Shown: positions 1-11,343 of the stretch, in pieces
Layout: the number at the start of each line of letters is the position of its first letter
Numbering within the stretch: position 1 is the stretch's first letter
NCBI GenBank assembly: GCA_030295235.1
Contig: AP026125.1
Coordinates: 1,736,001-1,800,000, forward strand
Source of the DNA: Fistulifera solaris
Lineage: Eukaryota
Direction of reading: 5' to 3'
Length of the DNA: 64,000 nt
The notes under the pieces: generated by a model
Databases searched by the model: none
What the model was told of the DNA's origin: nothing
What the model saw: only the letters and a program-made list of their open reading frames with translations
Made by a program: the position numbers and the translations under genes

Positions 1-851
1 GGCTTTGCTGCGACTCGGAGACACCTTGCAGGGAAGTCGGCTTGGGGCGTCCTTTCGTGCTCTTCGTAATCGGTTTCTCTTCGCCCGATGACGACGACTG
101 ACTAGATGTCTTTCTTCTGTGCAACTCCTTTTTCTCAGAAGGCTCAGGTAGTGAAGCCAAAACTCCTCCACCATCAAACGAAGCTCCTAAAGTCAGACCC
201 TGTCTCGACGCCCGAGATGACGACGGAGGCAAGTTTTTATCGTCGCTACGCCAACCTTTTCGACTGGAAGAGATACCAGACGAAATAGTGTCTTCATCGC
301 TGCTACGGCGTCTCTGACTGCTGACTGACTGATCTACCGACACCTCGTCCGAAAGTGAATCTCCGCTCTTTGATCTTCGAGTGCGCATTTTCCTTCGCTC
401 ACTGGGATCTTCTGGCTCTTCTCCGCTCGGTCGAGGCTTCCGACGACTTCTCCTCTCCCCCGATTTACTAACAATAGATCCGCTTATAGTAGACGATTCA
501 CCGTCTGATGCTGGTTTTCTTCGTCCGGGTTCCCCTTTTTGGTCGAGATGCGTCGAAAGTTTCGCCACACTGCGGGGTTTTTCCGGGGCATCTTGCATGT
601 TGTCCTCCGCAATTACTTTCGTTTGCGGCATGACCGGTGGTACCTCATCTTCTTCTGAAGAAGCGTCGCCTGCCATCTTCCTTCGTCTTGCCATTATAGC
701 TTGCAAATCTTGTCCCATTGACACTTTGCTGAGTTCTTTTCTTTTTCGTCGCCGACAATGCAGTTGCTGCGACATCTGTGCGAGGATCGTCCACTTTCAA
801 TTCGGACTTTCGCCGTCTCTGCTCCATAAGTTTCTGAAGGTCTGGGTTCAT
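1..851 (-). CDS. 5' part of a low-complexity Ser/Arg/Lys-rich protein running off the window start (frameshifted)
   Basis: ATG at 851 (MNPDLQKLMEQRRRKSE). Downstream minus-strand frames stay open and charged/Ser-rich to position 1; no family motif seen. Confidence 0.5.
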
Positions 852-1224
852 GATGAAATGCTTATTTATAACAAAAAGAAAAACAGAACGAAGTCAATGA
901 AGTTATCAAGTATTAGCTCGACATCCTCGATCCTCGCGCATCGTTCGCGTCAATTTTTTTGCGACGATTACCACAAAGTATCGTAGCGGTACACGTTTTG
1001 TCTTAAACCAACAACTTACGCCATAGTACGATACTACCTGGCACTCGAGGTAATACCTAGAACTAAGGAGCGCCTCTAAAAAGGGTTCAAAATAATCCAA
1101 ATAAAGGAAAGGAATCGTCTAAGGTTTAAACATCGCATGCGTACGAAATGTCACTCAGTATTCTATGTTGAAAAGTACCAGCATTGGCAACCATAAACTA
1201 CTTTTGACATTCTCGAGCAGCTTT

Positions 1225-2495
1225 TCATAACTCGTCTTCGTCATCTTGATTGTTCAGAGTAGCCTGAATGATTTTTGCGCCAATTGAGAGCGATTCAATG
1301 CATTTCTCTTGGAACGCGACCGTATCTTCCTGGTGAATTATCTGATCACTGTCCGCTTCACTGTTTTCGACATCAATCGTGGCCTCATTACTATCTTCTT
1401 CGATAACAAAGTTAGGACTAGGAACCCCGTTTTTGAGCCAATTAAAGTCGCGAACATCCCCCATAGATACATCTCGTCTTTTCCAAAAGGTGATGCGACT
1501 ACAACCCTCCAAAATGGCACCACCTTTGAAAAAGACGTAACAATCGAGACCTGTTGATCCATGCAATCGCAATTGCTGACAAGTCGACCTCAACGTCATT
1601 TGATGGCAGTCGGTAACATGAATAGCCCCACCAACATTATTTTCAATAATCATACTGGATCCACGGACCGAAAGTAAATGAATCGATTGATAGAAGCCAC
1701 GTCTGTGCGATCAAGGAGGCGTGATGGATTGTGAGCAATGTGAGCCAAAGAGGAGGATTAGAAGATTATACAGTACGCTACTTACAATACTATCGTGCAA
1801 TTTGTAATGTTGTGCAAGGCAAGAAATGTAAGATTGGCAGTGAGTTGGTACCCGTCCACACCTTCCACCACCCCGTTGCCATGAACAATTACTCCATCCA
1901 AATTTTGAATGCCCGAGAGTGTTCGCGATGGATCAAGTCGTTTCGATTGCGACTCGGTCGGTGCTTTCGCTTTGTTTTTCCTCAATGCTCCCGACTCTTC
2001 GAGTGGTTGATCGTTATTTTCCAAAGCCTGTCGATAACGTTTAAAGATGAATTTCCCGCGAGGCAACTTTTCCTTTCTGTAGCGGTCAAGTCGAGACTGG
2101 CACGCACTTAATTGCGAATGGAAGATTCCGAAATCAGACACTGTTAGATTCTCGTCCTCGTCGTGCGAACAAACATCCCTATTGTCGGAATGATGATCCA
2201 GGACTTGCAAAAGCGAGGATAGTGCGTCTGTGGAAAGACATTCCTTGCGAAGCAGCTTCAATTTATCATCATGTGTCGCGAAGCGCATGCGAAGTATTCT
2301 TTTCTCTTCTTCTGATGACGTTGTAGCTGAACTAACTATGTGATCGAGTTCGCTATTCCATTCATTCAGTCGTTCTTTAAGGAGTTCTAACGCAAGTCGG
2401 CGCTTCTCTTGAATCTTTTGTGTCCGACGATGTCGTAGCTTTCGACTCTCTTCGCGCTCCCTCCGCGATTCCAGAAATAGAGCTTCACTGTCCAT
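1225..2495 (-). CDS. TBCC: Tubulin-binding cofactor C (TBCC-domain protein), 2 exons
   Basis: N-terminal helical region with 'KLPRGKFIFKR'. C-terminal TBCC beta-helix 'GAIHVTDCHQMTLRSTCQQLRLH...AILEGCSRITF...VRDFNWLKNGVPSPNF'. GT-AG intron at about 1703-1785. Confidence 0.88.
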
Positions 2496-2819
2496 TAGAG
2501 CAAGCTATTTCAACTGTAATTTCCTCGATTCCCAAATGAACGGGAGTCAATGATATATTAGGAGTAGTCTGTTTGAATGTAAATTTCCGGATCTTTTTTC
2601 GCTTCGTCAAGAGAGCTCCAGGAAAAATGTATAGACAGATGGGGTACCAGGATGTGACAGCTTCGGTAGATGGCGGCTGATGGATGGCAGCTATGGAAAG
2701 CGTTTGCTAAAAAGAATGCCAGCTCTTAAGCTCGAAACAATCATCAGCATACATTTGTGGAACCCCTTACTGGTAACAAGAATTGGCATTACCTGGATGC
2801 TGTTATTTCTTTTTTTTTA

Positions 2820-5372
2820 TACGGAGTAAAAGTTATTTCTAAACATACAGAAATTCTGTGGTGGTTCAGAAATTCTGGACCACTTCTTTCGGTCCGACCG
2901 AATTGCTGTTGAAGTTCGAGAAATTCTGGACACGGTGTTTTTGATTGTTCCCTGGTAAGGAAAGAACGTGCGCGTTCCAGAAAATCTGGAAACTGTGTTT
3001 TGATCACAACGAAAGAAAGTGCAAATTCCAGAAATTCTGGAAAAGTTATTTCTGGTCTTACAGAAATTCTGTGATGGTCCAGAAATTCTGGACCACTTCT
3101 TTCGGTCCGACCGAATTGCTGTTGACGTTCGAGAAATTCTGGACACGGTGTTTTGGATTGTAAGGAAAGAACGTGCGCGTTCCAGAAAATCTGGAAACTG
3201 TGTTTTGATCACAACGAAAGAAAGTGCAAATTCCAGAAATTCTGGAATAGTTATTTCTGGTCTTACAGAAATTCTGTGATGGTCCAGAAATTCTGGACCA
3301 CTTCTTTCGGTCCGACCGAATTGCTGTTGACGTTCGAGAAATTCTGGACACGGTGTTTTGGATTGTAAGGAAAGAACGTGCGCGTTCCAGAAAATCTGGA
3401 AACTGTGTTTTGATCACAACGAAAGAAAGTGCAAATTCCAGAAATTCTGGAATAGTTATTTCTGGTCTTACAGAAATTCTGTGGTGGTTCAGAAATTCTG
3501 GACCACTTCTTTCGGTCCGACCGAATTGCTGTTGACGTTCGAGAAATTCTGGACACGGTGTTTTGGATTGTAAGGAAAGAACGTGCGCGTTCCAGAAAAT
3601 CTGGAAACTGTGTTTTGATCACAACGAAAGAAAGTGCAAATTCCAGAAATTCTGGAATAGTTATTTCTGGTCTTACAGAAATTCTGTGATGGTCCAGAAA
3701 TTCTGGACCACTTCTTTCGGTCCGACCGAATTGCTGTTGACGTTCGAGAAATTCTGGACACGGTGTTTTGGATTGTAAGGAAAGAACGTGCGCGTTCCAG
3801 AAAATCTGGAAACTGTGTTTTGATCACAACGAAAGAAAGCGCAAATTCCAGAAATTCTGGAAAAGTTATTTCTGGTCTTACAGAAATTCTGTGATGGTCC
3901 AGAAATTCTGGACCACTTCTTTCGGTCCGACCGAATTGCTGTTGACGTTCGAGAAATTCTGGACACGGTGTTTTTGATTGTTCCCTGGTAAGGAAAGAAC
4001 GTGCGCGTTCCAGAAAATCTGGAAACTGTGTTTTGATCACAACGAAAGAAAGTGCAAATTCCAGAAATTCTGGAATAGTTATTTCTGGTCTTACAGAAAT
4101 TCTGTGATGGTCCAGAAATTCTGGACCACTTCTTTCGGTCCGACCGAATTGCTGTTGACGTTCGAGAAATTCTGGACACGGTGTTTTTGATTGTTCCCTG
4201 GTAAGGAAAGAACGTGCGCGTTCCAGAAAATCTGGAAACTGTGTTTTGATCACAACGAAAGAAAGTGCAAATTCCAGAAATTCTGGAATAGTTATTTCTG
4301 GTCTTACAGAAATTCTGTGATGGTCCAGAAATTCTGGACCACTTCTTTCGGTCCGACCGAATTGCTGTTGACGTTCGAGAAATTCTGGACACGGTGTTTT
4401 GGATTGTAAGGAAAGAACGTGCGCGTTCCAGAAAATCTGGAAACTGTGTTTTGATCACAACGAAAGAAAGCGCAAATTCCAGAAATTCTGGAAAAGTTAT
4501 TTCTGGTCTTACAGAAATTCTGTGATGGTCCAGAAATTCTGGACCACTTCTTTCGGTCCGACCGAATTGCTGTTGACGTTCGAGAAATTCTGGACACGGT
4601 GTTTTTGATTGTTCCCTGGTAAGGAAAGAACGTGCGCGTTCCAGAAAATCTGGAAACTGTGTTTTGATCACAACGAAAGAAAGTGCAAATTCCAGAAATT
4701 CTGGAATAGTTATTTCTGGTCTTACAGAAATTCTGTGATGGTTCAGAAATTCTGGACCACTTCTTTCGGTCCGACCGAATTGCTGTTGACGTTCGAGAAA
4801 TTCTGGACACGGTGTTTTGGATTGTAAGGAAAGAACGTGCGCGTTCCAGAAAATCTGGAAACTGTGTTTTGATCACAACGAAAGAAAGTGCAAATTCCAG
4901 AAATTCTGGAATAGTTATTTCTGGTCTTACAGAAATTCTGTGATGGTTCAGAAATTCTGGACCACTTCTTTCGGTCCGACCGAATTGCTGTTGACGTTCG
5001 AGAAATTCTGGACACGGTGTTTTGGATTGTAAGGAAAGAACGTGCGCGTTCCAGAAAATCTGGAAACTGTGTTTTGATCACAACGAAAGAAAGTGCAAAT
5101 TCCAGAAATTCTGGAATAGTTATTTCTGGTCTTACAGAAATTCTGTGGTGGTTCAGAAATTCTGGACCACTTCTTTCGGTCCGACCGAATTGCTGTTGAC
5201 GTTCGAGAAATTCTGGACACGGTGTTTTGGATTGTAAGGAAAGAACGTGCGCGTTCCAGAAAATCTGGAAACTGTGTTTAGATCACAACGAAAGAAAGTG
5301 CAAATTCCAGAAATTCTGGAATAGTTATTTCTGGTCTTACAGAAATTCTGTGGTGGTTCAGAAATTCTGGAC
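2820..5372. repeat. Tandem array 1: about 12 near-identical 205/213-bp units
   Basis: Unit marker TTATTTCTGGTCTTACAGAAATTCTG at 3046, 3251, 3456, 3661, 3866, 4079, 4292, 4497, 4710, 4915, 5120 and 5325, plus a degenerate first unit near 2833. Confidence 0.97.
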
Positions 5373-5494
5373 TAGGCAAGCCTACCGGAACGCTGCCTTA
5401 CAACGCAAGCAGAGACGATGAATGACGACTGACGACTCATCATCAATATGCAATGTGACTTTTTATATATAATACGAATAATCTACAGGATGAT

Positions 5495-7021
5495 TCAAGA
5501 GCGTTTTTGCTTTTTGTGTGTCTGAGATGCGGGAAGCTCTACGGGCGGAGTTTGGCGGCGATGGAGGACCGAAAAGGAAGGATGACCCACCGACGAACAG
5601 AAATGATCGACATTTTCGCTCAACAGCAAACTCGTTTTGAGAAAGTCACCGCTTGCCCAAGTCATCAACGCGGCTCCGAAGATAGTAGATCGTTCATGAG
5701 CTGATGTTCGACTCAAAGATCGGACCTGGTTTTGGAGACGAATCGGCTTGATGGTGTTGTCAAGCTTCCACCAAAGATCTTTCGATGAACCGTGAAACTT
5801 GAATGAGATATCCAAATGAATGTGCTCTTTCATCAAAGCAATCAAATTGGCCATTAGATTGAAGCCAGGATCGAATCGAACCCGGAAAACAACCTTGCGA
5901 AGCGTTTTATGCGACCCAATGACCTCTGCTAGCTGATCCCAAAACGAGTCAAGAATAGAAAAACAGCCGAGCTCGAGGCGTTGAAGGTTTTGGTTTGATG
6001 CGATTGCTTCCATCAGCTCTTCTTCTTGCCCTTCATGCGGCGGATGATCGAAATGGTAGATCATGCCAAGCTCTTTGAGGCTTTTACTTGCCTGCAAAAA
6101 GAGAGTGTGCAAGCGAGCGGGGAACCAACCTGCAAAGACCAACGTCACTCCTTGCGAAGCGATGACGAACGGCGCAATATTGGCAAAGTACTGTGGATGC
6201 AAAATCTCGTACTCAATATGTTTTGCAGGAAAATCAGTGAGCGGCTTCAAACACTGCGAGCTATGAAAATTTCCACTATTCGTTTCGATCGAAACCTTGG
6301 AAAGGACAGCCAAACCTTCGGAATGTTCACGGGATCCGACGCGGGAATATGAGACGGCGAAGTAACCGTCGAAGGTGCTGGATTGAAACGATAGTATACC
6401 GAAGTCGCGGGTTCGCTGAGCAAGCGCTCTGCGGAAATGTCCGACGTCATGCTTGCATTCGAGACCCACATAAAGAGGATCCGGGTGCGATGCCAATATG
6501 GTAGATTCTTCGTTGGAAAGAGAGCACCAGCGACTGAAAAAGATCATTCTGCGCGGGTTTGCTTTGATATAGTTGTGAAGAAACTGGGACGTGATAAAAG
6601 ATGTCGAGACATAGGGCTTACCGCGACGACTGTCGCGAACTGCAACTCGGACTTCTTCGGCTCTTTCATCCTTCAAGCACAAAAGCCGTGCCGTGACGCG
6701 TGCAACTGCATCGTATGTTTTCCCGTAGATTTGCACCGTTTCCCGTTCAAAATTGATGTTCAAGCTAGCCGTTCGAAAAGACGAGTTGTTAGGAACAGTA
6801 GTTGGTAGTCGCTTCAACATGATGAAGCTTTCGTCGTTCAACCAGATAATATGTGTTCCTTTCATATCCTTAAAAAGGTCATCAACGCTGACAGGAGATC
6901 GTTTTTCACGATAAAATTGCATCTTTGAGCTCCACTTCGTCTCGCTCAGCTGGCTCAGTAGCGTCGACTTTTCATCGTCAAAATCGCCCGTCACAAACTT
7001 TCGGAACCAAGAGGAATCCAT
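5495..7021 (-). CDS. Hypothetical 508-aa intronless protein with a degenerate RNI/LRR-like C-terminal half
   Basis: Long uninterrupted ORF. 'SLKELGM...NQNLQRLELG...HKTLRKVVF' resembles LRR-like repeats. Confidence 0.65.
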   Translation of the reverse strand: MDSSWFRKFVTGDFDDEKSTLLSQLSETKWSSKMQFYREKRSPVSVDDLFKDMKGTHIIWLNDESFIMLKRLPTTVPNNSSFRTASLNINFERETVQIYGKTYDAVARVTARLLCLKDERAEEVRVAVRDSRRGKPYVSTSFITSQFLHNYIKANPRRMIFFSRWCSLSNEESTILASHPDPLYVGLECKHDVGHFRRALAQRTRDFGILSFQSSTFDGYFAVSYSRVGSREHSEGLAVLSKVSIETNSGNFHSSQCLKPLTDFPAKHIEYEILHPQYFANIAPFVIASQGVTLVFAGWFPARLHTLFLQASKSLKELGMIYHFDHPPHEGQEEELMEAIASNQNLQRLELGCFSILDSFWDQLAEVIGSHKTLRKVVFRVRFDPGFNLMANLIALMKEHIHLDISFKFHGSSKDLWWKLDNTIKPIRLQNQVRSLSRTSAHERSTIFGAALMTWASGDFLKTSLLLSENVDHFCSSVGHPSFSVLHRRQTPPVELPASQTHKKQKRS

Positions 7022-7637
7022 CGTATCTTCTTCTATGAACGTGCGTCTTTATTTAATGGCTGTGAGCGAGAGAGAATGTCTTTTGTTGTCCACAGAAGTG
7101 AATGATAAAGAAATACTCGGTGATGTTGATGATGCTTTGGTCCCAGATCACCGGGCGCTTGCTTCGAATGCCTGCGATGACTGCAAGAGTTTCAAAAAAG
7201 ATGCCTTAACTGTGAGGACGACAGTACCTGGTAGGTTTCGCCGTTGCGATTTAGGATCTATAATTGCAGATTTCACTATAGACCCAAGTGTTGGTTCTAG
7301 GGAGTCACGACTCACGACTCAAATACCAGGCTTGCATTATTTATTTGCAAATGTTTCTTCCGACAAGGAAGACTACCGAGCCCGTTCGTTCTGCTCTAGC
7401 TCTGTAAAAAATCAATTTTGTTTTTATATTGTCGGACAACTATCACTTCAAAAGCATTTATAATGCATGCAATGATTCTTTACGCCAGGGTATTGCTTGT
7501 GGTCGTTGTCGTTTAAAAAAACTATAGCCCAATGTGTATGTGAACTTTAAAACGACTGGATTTCAGTCACGAGGCGAGCCTTGATGCATTATGCATTGCA
7601 CTCAGCAAGGACACTTTTCGTTGTGCAAAACATCACC

Positions 7638-8900
7638 ATGGCGTTCACATTCCTGCGTGCATTCCTAACTTTTTCTCTAGGGACTGCCCCATTACTGTTC
7701 GCTTCAGGCTTTAGTGTGCGCGAGCTCTTTTGTCACGGCGTAACGCTCACTGCGCACTCTACGATTCGAATGGAAGCATCCACCGAAGATACGGCGATCA
7801 CGACGAAGACGAGAACATCTCTCGCCGGTCCATTTGTTATCGAATGCGATTCAAATTCAACACACTCAATCTTTAAATGTACTCCAATCAGAAAGGTGAA
7901 CATTGATCGAGAAACATTTTCTTCAGAGGGAGGGCAAGCATGGGCGGCACTTCATCATTCTCATCGACCAGAAAATGCACGCATGACTCTTGAAGCTCAC
8001 TGGGACGGCCCCGAATGCAAAGTGCAACTGATACCGGACGATGCGGAAATCGCTGCGTCACTGCTGTCTACTCTTTCGCGTGTACTGGTGCAGTGGTCGA
8101 TCGCGTCGCGTGAGGCAGTGTCGGAACAAATCACAATTCACTTTCCTCGAGAGGACGAGCCTTGCATACTTCAATGGAAAGACCCCGCCGTCGCATCGTC
8201 TCATTTATACAACAATATTCCCGGAGAAATGGTGGAAATGGTGGATCGCACTGGTGCGGTATTGGGCCACGTACCCAGAAAACTGGTGCATCAGCACAAC
8301 ATACTCCACCGAGGGATCGGAATTTTTGTGACGAAGGATGATCCCATGGAAGGTAACCAACGACCCGACTTGTATACACATCGTCGCACTGAAACCAAAC
8401 GGATCTTTCCATCACTTTATGACATGTTTGTGGGAGGTGTTTCGTTGGCAGGCGAAGATGCCTTCATAACAGCTCAACGTGAAGTGGAAGAGGAGCTAGG
8501 ACTGTCTTGTCGCGATCATCTTCGTCCAGAACGACTCCTACAATGTGTTGTCTGTACTGCTTATAATCGTTGTGTTGTCGATCTGTTTGTCTATTTGATG
8601 AACACGAAAGAAGAGTCAATCAAGTGGCAAGACGAAGAGGTTGCGTGGGGATCGTTCGTGCCCTACAAAACGATAGAAGCGGCCGCAGATCGATCCATTC
8701 ATCGTTTAGCGGAACGAGGAGAATGGCCGGGGAGATATCCTCCCATCCAATCTTCGCGAATGGGAAAGTTGGACCCCGAAGACGAAACTATAAGGTTTGA
8801 GGGCGCCATGGAGTGGACCTCGTGGGATTTTTGTTCCAGATGGACTACTCGTGTGGGAGGCATGGTTGCGGCACTGTCAAGGAGATCAATAGGAGAGGCG
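7638..8900 (+). CDS. Nudix hydrolase (IDI/YfcD-like), probably plastid-targeted; 3' end frameshifted
   Basis: Nudix box GGVSLAGEDAFITAQREVEEELG, 'LHRGIGIFV' and 'HRRTETKRIFPSLYD'. N-terminal signal ending ASG-F. Confidence 0.85.
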
Positions 8901-9149
8901 AATGGTAAAGTGTATCATGTTAAACCACTGTATCAAATGCTATTATTCAATCGAATTTATTTCCACTGCCTACTGAACTGCGAGAATTGGTCATCATGTT
9001 ATCATGCTTTTACGGATCAGCTATCATGAGACGAAAGCCAGCCAAGCAAACATATATTATACAAAATGTAAATTGATTTTGAGTCCTTATCGGAAGAGAC
9101 ATAGTCACATTCAATCCTACTACAATTTTGCCTTCAATGATGTTTTATC

Positions 9150-9861
9150 GTAATATCATCCGCGAGCGCTTTGGACGATTATTGTTGCGAATTTGGGTCG
9201 TCAGACTTATCTGAGCGAGGTACTTGTAGTTTACAAGATTTTGCCGCCCCAGAGCTTTTACGGCGAGGATATCTTTTGATAGTTACCATCGGCATCTTGG
9301 CAGTGACCTTAGCCAGGCAAGCTATTTCTGCGATGATCAAACTCTTCCTTTACACGCCAATAAACCAATGAAAAGGACCGTACAATGTTCCATAGTAAAT
9401 GGGCATGTTGAGATACTCCAGTGGAAGTTGCAGAAATTCAAAAGATTGATAACCAGCAGAAAGCCAAAGGAAATCAGGACGGCCATAAACGGATAGACAG
9501 GAAGCACGTAACAGAAAGCTTTCAGAACCCGAGGTAAAAACTCTCTCCAGAAATGTAAAAGAGAATGTTTTCGACGGCAGTCGGCATAAAGAGCAATGAT
9601 GTAGGCTATCGCCGCAAATACTATTTTCGGAACATGAAGAGCACCCTGAAAGAGTTCCTCAGCTGCACTCGCTATCCCCGATATTCGATCAAAGCCATTA
9701 ATTAGAATCGCTGAGATTACAAGAGCCCTGTTGCGACGTGATATCCATATGCGTTTCCAAGTTTCATAGCTACTTGAGAATTTGGTGGTGCTGTCACCGA
9801 TGAGCAGGTACTCTGTTGCCAGAAACGTCAGTAGCAGCGCGTTGGCCACTTCGGAAAGCAT
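9150..9861 (-). CDS. Hypothetical multi-pass membrane protein; 3' end frameshifted, end approximate
   Basis: ORF 9337-9861 has several hydrophobic segments; coding-like sequence continues in another frame. Confidence 0.5.
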
Positions 9862-11343
9862 CCCGCCGTATGGACATAAGCTACGGAAACGGAAGCCTGT
9901 ATATGTTTATTTCTGGTTTTATGGGATGCAATTATCTCTGAGTTACTATCTGCATCATGAATGCAAGAAATTTTCGAGAGATAGATCGTTGAATGCCTTC
10001 AAAAGGTCGCTCAATGGCACGAAATGAAATATTTAGTCTGTTATCAGTCTATGTGTGTGTGTGTGGGTCGAAAAAATTCTGTGCTATGCCCTTGCATTTT
10101 TGGCCAAAAAGCACGGTTTGCATACACTACGTCCTTGAAGTACTAGAAAAGTAAATATAGTCATTAGAGTATATTACTCTTTCGGAACGGTACTCGAAAT
10201 TTCAGCAGTGTCGCAGTGTGTTTGTAAAATGTCACAGAGGACGTACGGACAGACTGCACCCACTTTAAAGATTCGTGACTCAGGAAGTGCAAGGCATTAC
10301 AATGACAGATACTGTAGAATAACTTTTACGGGACAGGATATCTTTTACGGGGCTTCTACGATTGCGTTTCATTTCTATTTCATTTGAACAGATTCCCTTG
10401 ATGATTATTTCTTCATCAACAATTGAACTCCATTGGAAAAGTAGACAGTACAACACAATGATGCCTTCGTTGGGCTACAGGTGTGCGAAACGAGAAAACA
10501 CTTTTTGGTACATCGGTTTTCTCTCGCGTGGATGAATGGAATTAATTGCCGTCACAACCCTTTCATTCAGTTGCAGCGGGCATTGTAAATTGTGACGAGA
10601 TCAGAGCGGATTCGAATGGCACCGATTGGCCGGAATTGCTCAGTGACGACGGAAGTGACGGTCTGAGGAGTATTAAATCCTTCAAATGGAATGCGCACCT
10701 ATGGCAATACAGAAAAGTTTACGTTCGTTGGTGTACGATCCATTCTTGTCGAACACTCAAACTGCCTTGGAAGCTGGGGTAACAAACGCTTCCTTCGCTA
10801 CTTTTTCATCAAACGCCGTTCTCGTTAACGCAAGTCGAATCGATTTGTCTTCAATCTTTTTGCTGCATGTAGTTCGGAAAATACATACGGAGTAATGTAC
10901 AATAACGAGAGCGGAACTCATTGCTATAAACAACTTTATAACGAAACGCGATGAGGCCTAAATTATCTCGACAAACCAGACAAGGTTGCGAATTGACATC
11001 AATCCAATTCTTGAAAACTACTGTTACCGATTAGACATTTGCGAGGACCCATTCTTATTTTGACGAACTGTCTCGATCTTCGACGAATACTACCGTTTTA
11101 TTGACAAATACAATGACGTAATGCTTTGGTGATAGGTTTCAAAAGCATGCTGCAGGAAGAATGTGACGGAAAGTTAGCCTATTCTGTAGCCAAATCCAGT
11201 TACAAATTTGCGTTTCAAACGAAGGAAATCATAAAAGACGAAGATTCATCCAAAATTGCTTTCAGACCTATCGATCCAATTTTGTCGATTTATAATCACT
11301 TTCCACAACACTACGAGCAACTGCGACAGCAACTTACCCCAAT

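Noticed and set aside
3231..3247. Heat-shock element reading of TTCCAGAAATTCTGGAA
   Set aside because: Only one base separates GAA and TTC, whereas canonical HSEs need two. At most these are paired two-unit half sites.
2820..5372. CRISPR-like array (palindromic repeat with ~36-bp linkers)
   Set aside because: The linkers repeat with a period of four rather than being unique spacers, there are no cas genes, and the context is eukaryotic.
2789..5421. Many overlapping repetitive ORFs (MIKTQFPDFLER..., MDCKERTCAF...)
   Set aside because: By-products of the tandem array. The 205-bp unit is not a multiple of 3 and the ORFs occur in all frames on both strands.
10052..10065. (GT)n microsatellite; also (TCG)n near 40760 and an 18-bp duplication at 42029/42065
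   Set aside because: Short, common simple repeats with no further structure.
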